Below are positions 30,306-40,355 of a stretch of 64,000 nt of DNA, in pieces. How positions within the stretch are numbered: the stretch's first letter is position 1; each line of letters begins with the position of its first letter. The DNA comes from Clostridia bacterium (GTDB lineage Bacteria; Bacillota; Clostridia; TANB77; CAG-508). The notes beneath the pieces are model-generated. The model saw nothing but the letters and a program-made list of their open reading frames with translations, was not told the origin of the DNA and searched no databases. The translations under genes were made by a program, and so were the position numbers. Location of the stretch: the NCBI GenBank assembly GCA_045643205.1, contig JAZUKI010000003.1:150516-214515 (forward strand), written 5' to 3'.

Positions 30306-30884
30306 ATGTCCATAGAAAGGACAATTGGGATGCAGAAAAATTTTAAAAATAATTTAGAAACAAAATATAATGATATATTTAAGAACTTATATGCACAATG
30401 GAAGTTACAAAGTAAAAAGAAATATGAAGAATTACAGTCAAATGGATTAGCTAATAGTGGAGTAGGTTCAAAAGCTATGTACATATTAATGGAAGAATTA
30501 ATAAATAAAGCGATATTTGATTTGCAACAGCTATTTAATAAGCTGCCAACAGAATATAATAGAAAGATATCATTTAAAGATTTAGACGAATATAAAAGAA
30601 AAACAATAACTAATGTTGTTGGACATATTAATAATATGGAAAAAGAACTTAAACGTGAGTACAAGGAAAAGTTACTATTTATATCTGAATCAAATGAAAT
30701 ATCTTTAAACAATCTAAGTGAAAATTCTAAAGATAAAATTGAAAAGTTATTTGCTGAAATAGCTAATTTGAGAAAAGGTAAAAAAATAGAAGGGTTAGTA
30801 ATATTTAATATAGTATTTACAATATTAAGTTTTTTGATAGGAATTGCAAGCTTGATCGTAGGAATAATTGGAATTGTACAATAA
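30306..30884 (+). CDS. Hypothetical tail-anchored protein (helical N-domain, C-terminal TM helix)
   Basis: ORF only. The C-terminal 35 aa are hydrophobic. Lies at the proximal edge of the defence island. Confidence 0.35.
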   Translation: MSIERTIGMQKNFKNNLETKYNDIFKNLYAQWKLQSKKKYEELQSNGLANSGVGSKAMYILMEELINKAIFDLQQLFNKLPTEYNRKISFKDLDEYKRKTITNVVGHINNMEKELKREYKEKLLFISESNEISLNNLSENSKDKIEKLFAEIANLRKGKKIEGLVIFNIVFTILSFLIGIASLIVGIIGIVQ

Positions 30885-31010
30885 TTACCAATATTTAAAA
30901 TGCAGAATATTAAACAGGTATGAATATGTAGAAAATAATTAAAAAGAATTGGTCAGTAGAAAATACTGGCTTTTTTGTTGTAAAAAAATAAAGAAATTTA
31001 TTTTGAAGTG

Positions 31011-31070
31011 TTGTAAAAAGTTAAACAAATTGTTAAAATATAAATGTAATATGTAATATTACAAATTACA
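31011..31070 (+). promoter_or_regulatory. Promoter (TTGTAA-17-TAAAAT) plus 26-bp near-perfect palindromic operator upstream of the HTH/hsd operon
   Basis: TGTAAT-a-TGTAAT-ATTACA-a-ATTACA at 31045-31070; 24 of 26 positions are self-complementary. Confidence 0.5.
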
Positions 31071-31089
31071 AAAAAGAAAGGGATTATGA

Positions 31090-31410
31090 ATGAGTGAATT
31101 TAGTAAATTTCTGTCTCAGAAAATAGATGAGCATAATTCAATAAGGAAAAGAAGCATACGAGAATTTTCCAGAGAAATTGGAATATCACATGATTATTTG
31201 AGAAGAATAATTAGCGGAAAAGTTATAGCACCAGAACAGGAAATTCAAGAGAAAATAGCAAGTAAAATTCTTAAAGAAAATGAATATCAAACATTTTTTG
31301 ATTTAGCGGCAAAGGATAGAGGAGAAATTCCTGTAGACATACAGAAAGAATTATCAAAAGAAAGCAATAAATGGAATGAAATAAGAAATATGTTGGAGGT
31401 AGAAAAATGA
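31090..31410 (+). CDS. XRE-family HTH DNA-binding protein (controller-like), co-transcribed with hsdM
   Basis: HTH segment IREFSREIGISHDYLRRIISGK. The stop overlaps the hsdM ATG (ATGA). Confidence 0.6.
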   Translation: MSEFSKFLSQKIDEHNSIRKRSIREFSREIGISHDYLRRIISGKVIAPEQEIQEKIASKILKENEYQTFFDLAAKDRGEIPVDIQKELSKESNKWNEIRNMLEVEK

Positions 31411-33152
31411 GTACAAATATAAATGCAAAGGCAAATTTAATATGGGAAGTGGCAACAAAATTAGTTGGGGTATATAAACCACATGAATATGGTAAAGTAA
31501 TTTTACCTATGACAGTCTTGAAAAGATTTGATGATATATTAAAACCAACTAAACAAGCAGTATTAGATAAATATGAAGAAGTAAAAAATTTTGAAGTAAA
31601 AGAAGCTTTTCTAACTGAAGCTTCAGGTTATAGTTTTTATAATACAAGTAAATACGATTTTGAAAAAATATTATCTGATCCAGATAATATTGAAAGTAAT
31701 TTTAAAAATTATTTAAATGGATTTTCAGATAATGTAATAGATATTTTAAGTAATTTTAAATTCAATAATGAAGTAAAAACAATGGCTGATAATAGACTTT
31801 TATATGTTGTTATAGAAGAATTTAATTCTAAAAAAGCATATATGGGATTAGATGAAATTAAAACAGAAGATATGGGTTACATATTTGAAGAATTAGTTAG
31901 AAAATTTTCAGAAAGTTATGATGAAGAAGCAGGAGCTCACTTTACTGCAAGAGATATTATTTATTTAATGACTGATCTACTAGTTGCAGAAGAACAAGAT
32001 ATTTTAACTAATGATAATAAGGTAAAAACAATATATGATATGGCAATGGGAACATCTCAAATGCTTGCATGTATGACTGATAGATTACATCAATTAAATA
32101 AAAATGTTAAGGTAGATTGTTATGGACAAGAATTAAATCCAGAAACATATGCTATAGCAAAAGCAGATATGCTTATAAAAGGTGGAGATGCAGATAACTT
32201 TAAACAAGGCGATACATTAGATGATGATCAATTTAAAGGATATAAATTCGATTATATAATTTCAAATCCTCCTTTTGGTATCGATTGGAAAAAACAAAAG
32301 AAAGCAGTAGAAGATGAAGTATCAAAAGGAGAACACGGAAGATTTCCAGTAGGAACTCCTAAAATATCAGATGGGCAAATGTTATTTACTTTAAATGGAA
32401 TTGCAAAATTAAAAGATGACGGAAAGATGGCAATAATCCAAAACGGTTCTCCATTATTTTCAGGTAGTGCTGGTTCAGGAGAATCAGAAATTAGAAGATA
32501 TATTATAGAAAATGATTGGTTAGAAGCAATAGTTCAATTACCAACGGATCTATTTTACAACACAGGAATTTCAACATATATTTGGATAATTAATAAAGGT
32601 AAAGAAGGAACGATTAGAGAAGGAAAGGTTCAATTAATAGATGCGTCAAATTGTTACATAAATAGAAGAAAAAATATTGGTAATAAAAGAAAAGATTTAG
32701 ATGAAGAATCAAGAAAGCTAATTTTACAAGCATATTCAGAATTTACAAACAAAGAATATAGTGAAAATGATAAAAAAGTAGAAAGTAAAATTTTTAATAA
32801 TAACGATTTTGGATTTAATAGAATTACTATTGAATCACCAGAAGTTGATGAAAATCAAGTTGCTATATTAGATAAAAAAGGAAATGTAAAAGCTGATTCA
32901 AGTAAAAGAGATTATGAAAATGTACCTTTAAAAGAAGATATAGAAGAATATTTCGAAAAAGAAGTATTACCATATAATGAAAAGGCTTGGATAGATAAAA
33001 AGAAAACACAAGTAGGGTATGAAATACCATTTACAAGATATTTTTATAAATATGTGGCTCCAGAAAATTCAGATGATATATTAGCAAGAATTAGGCAAAA
33101 TGAATCAGATATTATGGATTCTCTAAAAAAAATATTTGAGGAGGATAAATAA
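31407..33152 (+). CDS. hsdM: Type I restriction-modification system methyltransferase subunit HsdM (N6-adenine)
   Basis: HsdM N-terminal domain, motif I DMAMGTSQML, motif IV NPPFG (IISNPPFGIDW). Confidence 0.9.
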   Translation: MSTNINAKANLIWEVATKLVGVYKPHEYGKVILPMTVLKRFDDILKPTKQAVLDKYEEVKNFEVKEAFLTEASGYSFYNTSKYDFEKILSDPDNIESNFKNYLNGFSDNVIDILSNFKFNNEVKTMADNRLLYVVIEEFNSKKAYMGLDEIKTEDMGYIFEELVRKFSESYDEEAGAHFTARDIIYLMTDLLVAEEQDILTNDNKVKTIYDMAMGTSQMLACMTDRLHQLNKNVKVDCYGQELNPETYAIAKADMLIKGGDADNFKQGDTLDDDQFKGYKFDYIISNPPFGIDWKKQKKAVEDEVSKGEHGRFPVGTPKISDGQMLFTLNGIAKLKDDGKMAIIQNGSPLFSGSAGSGESEIRRYIIENDWLEAIVQLPTDLFYNTGISTYIWIINKGKEGTIREGKVQLIDASNCYINRRKNIGNKRKDLDEESRKLILQAYSEFTNKEYSENDKKVESKIFNNNDFGFNRITIESPEVDENQVAILDKKGNVKADSSKRDYENVPLKEDIEEYFEKEVLPYNEKAWIDKKKTQVGYEIPFTRYFYKYVAPENSDDILARIRQNESDIMDSLKKIFEEDK

Positions 33153-33153
33153 T

Positions 33154-34458
33154 ATGAGAGAAATGAAAAAAACTAATTCTATGTGGGTTGGAAATATTCC
33201 TAAAGAGTGGAACTTAATAAAGACAAAAAAAATTATAAATTTTATTAATGGTTATGCTTTTGATAGTAATAGTTTTAGTGATAATGGAATATATCCAGTA
33301 ATAAGAATAGGAGATTTAAGTAATGGAAGGATTAATTATGAAAATGCATGTAAAGTAAATGATAATGAAAATTTAAACAATTATAAAATAATAAAAAATG
33401 ATTTATTAATTGCAATGAGTGGAGCTACAGTTGGAAAATTAGCTATAGAAAATGAAGCAAATATTGAAGCATATATAAATCAGCGTGTAGGAATTTTAAG
33501 ATGTAAATCTAAAATAAATAATAAGTTTCTATATTATTCATTAAATACAGATGAATTTATAAAATATATATTATTTCAGTCAATGGGTTCGGCTCAACCA
33601 AATGTATCTTCAGAAAATATAGGAAATTATTATATTTCTTGCCCGACAATAGAAGAACAAGAAAAAATAGTAAATTTTCTTGATAATAAAATAAAAGAAA
33701 TTGATAATGTAATAGAAAAAACAAAAGAAACAATTGATGATTATAAGAAATACAGACAAACAATTATAACCGAAGCAGTAACTAAAGGGTTAAATAAAAA
33801 TGTTAAATTTAAGGAAACTTTTAATAAAGTAATTGGAATGATACCAGAAAGTTGGAATGTTCAAAAATTAAAAACATTTATCAGTATGCCTGTAATAGAT
33901 GGACCGCATGAAAGTCCTATATTATTAGATGATGGAATTCCATATATATCTGCGACAGCTATAGAAAATGGAAAAATTAATTTTGATTTAATGAGAGGAT
34001 ATATTTCAGAAGAATACTGTGAACAATGTGAGGTTCGATATAAACCTAAAATTAATGATATTCTTGTAATAAAATTAGGAGCGACTACAGGTCAAGTAGC
34101 CATAGTTGATACTGATAAAAGATTTAATATTTGGGTTCCATTAGCTGCGATCAGATGTAATGAAATAGTTAATTCTAAATATATTTATTATAGTTTTCAG
34201 TCACAAAGTCTAATTAAGCAGATGGAGTTAATGTGGACTTTTGGAACACAGCAAACGTTAGGAGTGAAAAATATAGAACAATTATATTTTTCTTTACCAG
34301 ATAAAGAAGAGCAGAATACTATTGTTCAATATTTGGAAAAAAAGTGTTTAGATGTGGACAATTTAATTTCTAACAAAGAAAAAATTGTAGAGAAATTGGA
34401 ACAATACAAAAAATCGCTTATATATGAATATGTAACAGGAAAAAAAGAAGTAATTTAG
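33154..34458 (+). CDS. hsdS: Type I R-M specificity subunit HsdS (two target-recognition domains)
   Basis: ATG at 33154 after a GAGGAGG RBS (the track's 33136 start is TTG). Two TRD repeats, each followed by the conserved coiled-coil spacer. Confidence 0.85.
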   Translation: MREMKKTNSMWVGNIPKEWNLIKTKKIINFINGYAFDSNSFSDNGIYPVIRIGDLSNGRINYENACKVNDNENLNNYKIIKNDLLIAMSGATVGKLAIENEANIEAYINQRVGILRCKSKINNKFLYYSLNTDEFIKYILFQSMGSAQPNVSSENIGNYYISCPTIEEQEKIVNFLDNKIKEIDNVIEKTKETIDDYKKYRQTIITEAVTKGLNKNVKFKETFNKVIGMIPESWNVQKLKTFISMPVIDGPHESPILLDDGIPYISATAIENGKINFDLMRGYISEEYCEQCEVRYKPKINDILVIKLGATTGQVAIVDTDKRFNIWVPLAAIRCNEIVNSKYIYYSFQSQSLIKQMELMWTFGTQQTLGVKNIEQLYFSLPDKEEQNTIVQYLEKKCLDVDNLISNKEKIVEKLEQYKKSLIYEYVTGKKEVI

Positions 34459-34470
34459 GGGGCAAATTAC

Positions 34471-37400
34471 ATGGAAGAAAACGAAAAAAGATTTGAACAA
34501 GATATAGAAACATATCTTTTATCAGAAGATGGTGGATATACTAAAGGAAAGCCAGAAGATTTTGATAGAGAATCTGCATTAAATAAAAAAGATTTATTTA
34601 AATTTATAGAAGATACACAAAATAAAGAATGGAACAGATATAAAACTGCTTTTCCAGATGATTATGAATTAAGATTTATAAAAAGATTTAATGAAGAAGT
34701 TGTAACTCGCGGAATAATTGATGTAATAAGAAATGGAATTACAGATAGAGGGTTTAAATTTAAACTTGCATATTTTATGCCAGAAACAAATTTAGCGCCT
34801 GAAACATGGGATTTATACAATAAGAATATTTTAAATGAAACAAGACAATTAAAATATTCTACACAAAATGAAAACTCTGTGGACATAGTTTTACTATTAA
34901 ATGGAATTCCGGTAGTGGCTCTTGAATTGAAAAATCAAATAACTGGGCAAAATAGTGAAAATGCACAAAAGCAATTTATGTATGATAGAGATCCTAGAGA
35001 AGCCATTTTTAGATTTAATAGCAGAATAATAGCCTATTTTGCAGTAGATCATTATGATGTTAAATATACTACAAAACTTGCAGGAAAAGATACATATTAC
35101 TTACCATTTAATCAAGGTTCAAATGGAGCGGGAAATGTAGGAGGAGCAGGAAATCCGACTAATGAGAATGGATATACAACAGATTATTTATGGAAAAATG
35201 TTTTAAAGAAAGATTCTTTAATGGAAATATTACATAAATTTGTTCATTTACAAGTTAAAGAAGAAGTTTCACATCGTGGTGAAAAAGAAATAATAAAGAA
35301 AAAAGAAAATATTATATTTCCAAGATTTCACCAATTAGATGTTGTAAGAAAGTTAATATGGAATGTAAGAGATTGTGGAGTTGGACAAAAATATTTAATA
35401 CAACATAGTGCGGGATCAGGAAAATCGAATAGTATAGCTTGGCTTGCACATAGACTATCAGGATTACACGATAAAGATAATAACGCGGTATTTAATTCAA
35501 TTATAGTTGTTACAGATAGAAAAGTATTAGATAAACAATTACAAGAAACAATCTATCAATTTGAACATCAAAAAGGTGTAGTTGTAAAAATTGATGATGA
35601 AAAAACATCAAAAGATTTAAAAGATGCTATTAACGATGGAAAAAGAATTATTATAACAACATTGCAAAAGTTCCCTGTAATATATAAAGATGTAGATGAT
35701 ATGGGACATAAAAGATTTGCTGTAATAGTTGATGAAGCTCATTCAAGTCAAACAGGAAATTCTGCAAAAAAATTAAAAATTGCATTAGCAGATAAAGAAG
35801 AAGCATTAAAGAAATATGCGGAAATGGAAGCTCTTGCAGAAGAAAATGAAAAAGATTATGAGGATAAAATAGTAGAAGAATTAGCAACACATGGACCACA
35901 AAATAATATTTCATTCTTTGCTTTTACTGCAACACCTAAATCTAAAACCTTAGAATTATTTGGTACAAAACAATATGATGGAACATTTAGACCATATCAT
36001 GTTTATAGTATGAGACAAGCTATAGAAGAAGGATTTATCTTAGATGTATTAGCAAATTATATGACATATAAATCAATTTACCAAATAGCTAAAAATACAC
36101 CAGATAATCCAGAAGTACCAGAAAATTATGCTACAAAAGCAATAAAGAAATTTGAAAGTTTACATGAGATAAATATAACTCAAAAAACACAAATAATAGT
36201 GGAACAATTTAGAAATGTTACTAAAAATAAAATTGGTGGAAGAGGAAAAGCAATGTTAGTAACAGCATCTAGATTACATGCTGTTAGATATTTCTTTGAA
36301 ATTAAAAGATATATAGAAGAAAAAGGATATGATGATTTAGATGTTTTAGTAGCGTTTTCAGGAGAAGTTCATGATGGTGGACAATCTTTTACAGAAAGTG
36401 GAATGAATAAAACAAAAGATGGAAAGAAAATATCTGAATCACAAACAAAAGAATATTTTAATTCGGATGAATTTAGTATTTTAGTAGTTGCAGAAAAATA
36501 TCAAACAGGATTTGATGAACCACTATTACATACAATGTTTGTAGATAAAAAATTAAAAGGAATAAAAGCAGTACAAACATTATCAAGATTAAATAGAACA
36601 TGTAATGGAAAAGATGATACTTTAGTAATAGATTTTGTTAATGAAGCTCAAGATATACAAGAAGCATTTAAACCATTTTATGATGTTACAGTATTAGAAG
36701 AAGAAACTAATCCAAATGCAATATATGATAAACTAAATATGATAAAAAGTTTTGGATTAATTTATGATGAAAATATAGAAAAATTCTGTAAGATTTATTT
36801 AAAGAATGGAAAACAAAATGAAAATGACTTTGGAAGACTAACAAGTTGCGTTAAAGAAACAGTTGATTTGTATAATAAGCTTGAAATAGAAGATAGAGAA
36901 AGTTTTAGAAAACAAGTAATTAGTTTTAATAAATTCTATTCATATATAACACAAATTACATTTATGGGAGATGAAGAACTTCATAAAACTTATATGTATT
37001 TAAGATATGTTGAAAAATTGTTACCTAAAAATAAAGTAGATACAATAGATTTGGAAGGATCATTAAAATTAACATTTTATAATTTAAAACAAACATTCCA
37101 AGGTAGTGTTTCATTAAGAAAAACGGATGAAGGTGAAGGATTAGTAAAACCTCAAGGATCAGCAATACCAATAGCAGTATTACCAGAGCAAAGATATTTA
37201 GAAGAAGTAATAAGAAAGGTAAATGATTTATATGCTGGACAATTTACAGAATCAGATAATATGCTAGTTAAAAATATTATGGATATAATAATGAAAGATG
37301 ATGATGTAAGACAGAAGGCAAAAGCTAATAGTGAGGATATGTTTGTTCAGTCAGTATTTCCTAAAGTGTTTAGTGAAAAAACAAGTAAAGCATATAAAGA

Positions 37401-37605
37401 AAGTGCAACATCTTATAAAAAATTATTTGAGAGCAAAGAGTTTTATAATGCTATAATGAAGTCATTGGGAAATGTTGTTTATAGATTAATGAAAAGTGAT
37501 GAGACAATTAAGTATAATATTTCAAATGAAGAAGAGGAAAAACTAAAGGTAGCAGAAGATAGTGAAAAATATAATATAAATAACAAGGAGGAGAAAAAAG
37601 GCTAA
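34471..37605 (+). CDS. hsdR: Type I restriction endonuclease subunit HsdR
   Basis: Nuclease motif, then SF2 helicase motifs (QHSAGSGKS, DEAHSSQ, TATPK, QTLSRLNR). 1044 aa. Confidence 0.9.
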   Translation: MEENEKRFEQDIETYLLSEDGGYTKGKPEDFDRESALNKKDLFKFIEDTQNKEWNRYKTAFPDDYELRFIKRFNEEVVTRGIIDVIRNGITDRGFKFKLAYFMPETNLAPETWDLYNKNILNETRQLKYSTQNENSVDIVLLLNGIPVVALELKNQITGQNSENAQKQFMYDRDPREAIFRFNSRIIAYFAVDHYDVKYTTKLAGKDTYYLPFNQGSNGAGNVGGAGNPTNENGYTTDYLWKNVLKKDSLMEILHKFVHLQVKEEVSHRGEKEIIKKKENIIFPRFHQLDVVRKLIWNVRDCGVGQKYLIQHSAGSGKSNSIAWLAHRLSGLHDKDNNAVFNSIIVVTDRKVLDKQLQETIYQFEHQKGVVVKIDDEKTSKDLKDAINDGKRIIITTLQKFPVIYKDVDDMGHKRFAVIVDEAHSSQTGNSAKKLKIALADKEEALKKYAEMEALAEENEKDYEDKIVEELATHGPQNNISFFAFTATPKSKTLELFGTKQYDGTFRPYHVYSMRQAIEEGFILDVLANYMTYKSIYQIAKNTPDNPEVPENYATKAIKKFESLHEINITQKTQIIVEQFRNVTKNKIGGRGKAMLVTASRLHAVRYFFEIKRYIEEKGYDDLDVLVAFSGEVHDGGQSFTESGMNKTKDGKKISESQTKEYFNSDEFSILVVAEKYQTGFDEPLLHTMFVDKKLKGIKAVQTLSRLNRTCNGKDDTLVIDFVNEAQDIQEAFKPFYDVTVLEEETNPNAIYDKLNMIKSFGLIYDENIEKFCKIYLKNGKQNENDFGRLTSCVKETVDLYNKLEIEDRESFRKQVISFNKFYSYITQITFMGDEELHKTYMYLRYVEKLLPKNKVDTIDLEGSLKLTFYNLKQTFQGSVSLRKTDEGEGLVKPQGSAIPIAVLPEQRYLEEVIRKVNDLYAGQFTESDNMLVKNIMDIIMKDDDVRQKAKANSEDMFVQSVFPKVFSEKTSKAYKESATSYKKLFESKEFYNAIMKSLGNVVYRLMKSDETIKYNISNEEEEKLKVAEDSEKYNINNKEEKKG

Positions 37606-37621
37606 AGGAATTATTTATTGC

Positions 37622-38212
37622 ATGACAACAATTGTACCAGGTTTAGTGAAGATAGGAAAAACTGGAAGTGATAATTTTGAACAACGTATGTACAATTTAG
37701 AAAGAAATGGATATGTTAATGTAGTTGGCTTAAAAAGAAGATTTGCAATAGAAGTAGAAGATTATGATGAGAAAGAAGTACTTATACATGAATTATTTTG
37801 TAAAAGTAATGTACAAAACACAGAGTTGTTTGCTATAGATGTCAAACTTGTAGTACAATTATTATCTTCATTAGAAGGAAAGCAAATTTTCCCTAAAACT
37901 ATAACTAAAGAAGAAGTATTTGATATTGCTATAGATGAAAGACAAAAAGATTTTAATAAAAACAATAGAATGTTAATACCAGATGGAAATTATTATATAT
38001 CTGAAAAAAATATTAAAGCTACTATGAAAGTAGAAAATGGCAAATTTATTGTATTAAAAGGAAGCACTTGCCTAGAATGTAATAAAGATTGGATTCCAGA
38101 AGCAAGAAGAATAGCAAAAATTGAAAATGGAATATTAATAGAGGATATAGAATGTAAATCTCCTAGTACAGCAGGTTGGATAGTTTTAGAAAATGCTAAT
38201 AATGATGGTTAA
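37622..38212 (+). CDS. T5orf172 (GIY-YIG-like) plus DUF4357 domain protein, commonly appended to type I R-M operons
   Basis: VKIGKTGSDNFEQRMYNL ... LHELF ... ELFAIDVKLVVQLL matches the T5orf172 pattern. C-terminal tryptophan-containing DUF4357-like segment. Confidence 0.5.
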   Translation: MTTIVPGLVKIGKTGSDNFEQRMYNLERNGYVNVVGLKRRFAIEVEDYDEKEVLIHELFCKSNVQNTELFAIDVKLVVQLLSSLEGKQIFPKTITKEEVFDIAIDERQKDFNKNNRMLIPDGNYYISEKNIKATMKVENGKFIVLKGSTCLECNKDWIPEARRIAKIENGILIEDIECKSPSTAGWIVLENANNDG

Positions 38213-38285
38213 CATGGAAAACTAAAGATGGAAAGAGTATAGATATATTTAGAAATAATAAGTAGTTAAAATAAAGAGCATCATT

Positions 38286-38495
38286 ATGGAAAGAATAATA
38301 TCAAATAAAATTCAATGTAAACATTGTGGTGATATAATTGAATCTAAAAGTATTCATAGTTTTGTAAAATGTAAACGTGGATGTTGTAGTGTTGATGGAG
38401 GACATTATCATTTAAGTCGTTCATATTTTCATAGCCCAGAAGAAGATTTTATAGATTTAAGTGAAGTAGCGGATGATGGTGTAGAAGAAGTTTAA
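38286..38495 (+). CDS. Small cysteine-rich zinc-ribbon protein
   Basis: 69-aa ORF with CKHCG...CKRGCC. Confidence 0.3.
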   Translation: MERIISNKIQCKHCGDIIESKSIHSFVKCKRGCCSVDGGHYHLSRSYFHSPEEDFIDLSEVADDGVEEV

Positions 38496-38640
38496 GTGAA
38501 TAAATTTAAGGTTAAAGATATATTATAATAATTAAAAAAATGTGAGATTTTAGTTATATAAAATCGTAATTGGTACCAAATGTTGTAAAAAACAATAAAA
38601 TAATGTATAATATAATAGGTTTAGTGAAAGTAGGAATAAT

Positions 38641-39261
38641 ATGTTAGCTGAATTGGATATATTATTAGATTCTATAAGGGAACAATATAATCAATTATAT
38701 GCAGAATGGAAAAAAAGTAATTTATATGTTCCATTACACCAAAAAAAGAATCTAGTAAAAGATATAAAAAATAATAATGAAATTCTAAATGCTATATTAG
38801 ACTATAGATTGTTTTTGAATGAAAATCACTTAGATTTAAAAATGACATTTGATAGTTTAAATTTAAAGAGTGAAGTAAATAGTAGAGTAAAAGCACAAAA
38901 CTCAATTGAATTTAAAATAAACAATTATATGACTGCTAAACATGAATATGGTGAAGTTGCAATAAATAAATGTTTTAATGATTTATATGGAATAAGAATA
39001 ATTTTTGAAGATAATGTTGAATATAATGATATAAAGAATTTCATTGATGTAAAATACAAGGGAAAGCTAAAATGTTATGATGCATCTAAAGGAGACTATG
39101 TAGCAACTCATATATATTTTAAAAAAGACAATTATAGTTTTCAGTGGGAACTACAAATATGGGATAAATCACATTATAAATCTAATATTATTTCACATGA
39201 ACAGTATAAACAAGGTTATACAAAATGGGAAGAAGAAAATAAAGGAGGTGAATCATTTTGA
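38641..39261 (+). CDS. RelA/SpoT-like nucleotidyltransferase toxin (toxic small alarmone synthetase, toxSAS-like)
   Basis: Ordered RelA/SpoT synthetase motifs: NSRVKAQNSIEFKI, DLYGIRIIF, DYVATHIYF, FQWELQIWD. Confidence 0.6.
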   Translation: MLAELDILLDSIREQYNQLYAEWKKSNLYVPLHQKKNLVKDIKNNNEILNAILDYRLFLNENHLDLKMTFDSLNLKSEVNSRVKAQNSIEFKINNYMTAKHEYGEVAINKCFNDLYGIRIIFEDNVEYNDIKNFIDVKYKGKLKCYDASKGDYVATHIYFKKDNYSFQWELQIWDKSHYKSNIISHEQYKQGYTKWEEENKGGESF

Positions 39262-40010
39262 CAACACATTATATAATTATGAGTAGTAGTTATTCAAAAG
39301 GAAAGAGGATTGCTTTAAGTAATTTAGTAAAAGAAAAAGATTATCTTGAATTAAGAGAAATAGTCCAAGATATTACTAGTAAATGTGGTAAAGACGTATC
39401 ATTATCTACGCATTTTGTTCAGACTGATTCAGAATCCTGGGAATCAGTTGTTGAAAAAGATCATTTTTTTAAAGGTGTAGAAGTAATAGAAAGTAAAGAA
39501 AAATTTATTGAATTAATTCAAAAAGATAGAACTTTAAAAGGATTGGATGTTGCAAGGTATATACTTTCTAAAGTAAAATGTACACATCTAAAATTAGAAA
39601 AATTAGTATATTTATGTTTTGCAGATTACTTGTGCAAATATGATAAAGAATTATTCGAAGATGAAATTTATGCATATAAGTATGGGCCAGTTGTAGATAG
39701 TGTATATGAAAAATATAAAGGTTCTGGATATAAAGAAATTGAACAAGAAGAAATAGATATAGATATAGATAGTACAGGTATCATGGAAATGCCATCAAGA
39801 AGTAGAATTCTTTTTGTTGAAGATGGTATTGAAAAAATCAAGAGTATAGATGAAACTTTGGAAAAATATGGTGATTTTTCAGCAGGTGATCTTGTAGATT
39901 TAACACATAAGAAACATACTCCTTGGGATATGACAGGAAGAGGAAAAGAGCAATATGGTATTATTAAAAATGATATAATAAAAAAATATCATTCTTATGA
40001 ATGTATTTAA
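39258..40010 (+). CDS. Panacea-domain (DUF4065) antitoxin-like protein, overlapping the toxSAS gene by 4 nt
   Basis: LKLEKLVYLCFADYLCKYDKELFEDEIYAYKYGPVVDSVYEKYKG matches the Panacea core (KLqKLLY...W..GPV...Y). ATGA overlap with the upstream toxin. Confidence 0.6.
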   Translation: MTTHYIIMSSSYSKGKRIALSNLVKEKDYLELREIVQDITSKCGKDVSLSTHFVQTDSESWESVVEKDHFFKGVEVIESKEKFIELIQKDRTLKGLDVARYILSKVKCTHLKLEKLVYLCFADYLCKYDKELFEDEIYAYKYGPVVDSVYEKYKGSGYKEIEQEEIDIDIDSTGIMEMPSRSRILFVEDGIEKIKSIDETLEKYGDFSAGDLVDLTHKKHTPWDMTGRGKEQYGIIKNDIIKKYHSYECI

Positions 40011-40038
40011 AGCCGAGAATTAACTCGGCTTTTACTAT

Positions 40039-40341
40039 TTAATTCAAACTCTCAAAACACCCCATCGCAATTTGGCTTCCATCAACAAACCCATTCCTAT
40101 AATACTTTTCATTCCAATAAGTTATATAATCTAAAAAGTTATCATCAAGTTTATTAAGTTGCTTTTGAACATATTTTTTATTTTCATTAGGTACATTTCT
40201 TAAAATATTTTTAGCTATTTCCTCAAAATAAATCCAATGTTTTTTATCTTCTTCACATGTAAGTGCAGATAAATCTTCCTCTCTATAAGCTATCAATTGG
40301 GCTAATATATCGTTATCATTTACTTCTCTAAAATTACTCAT
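40039..40341 (-). CDS. Hypothetical protein, downstream partner of the TnpV-like gene
   Basis: AGGAGG RBS, then ATG at 40341 (the track's TTG at 40362 lacks an RBS). Confidence 0.4.
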   Translation of the reverse strand: MSNFREVNDNDILAQLIAYREEDLSALTCEEDKKHWIYFEEIAKNILRNVPNENKKYVQKQLNKLDDNFLDYITYWNEKYYRNGFVDGSQIAMGCFESLN

Positions 40342-40355
40342 ATCTAAAATACCTC

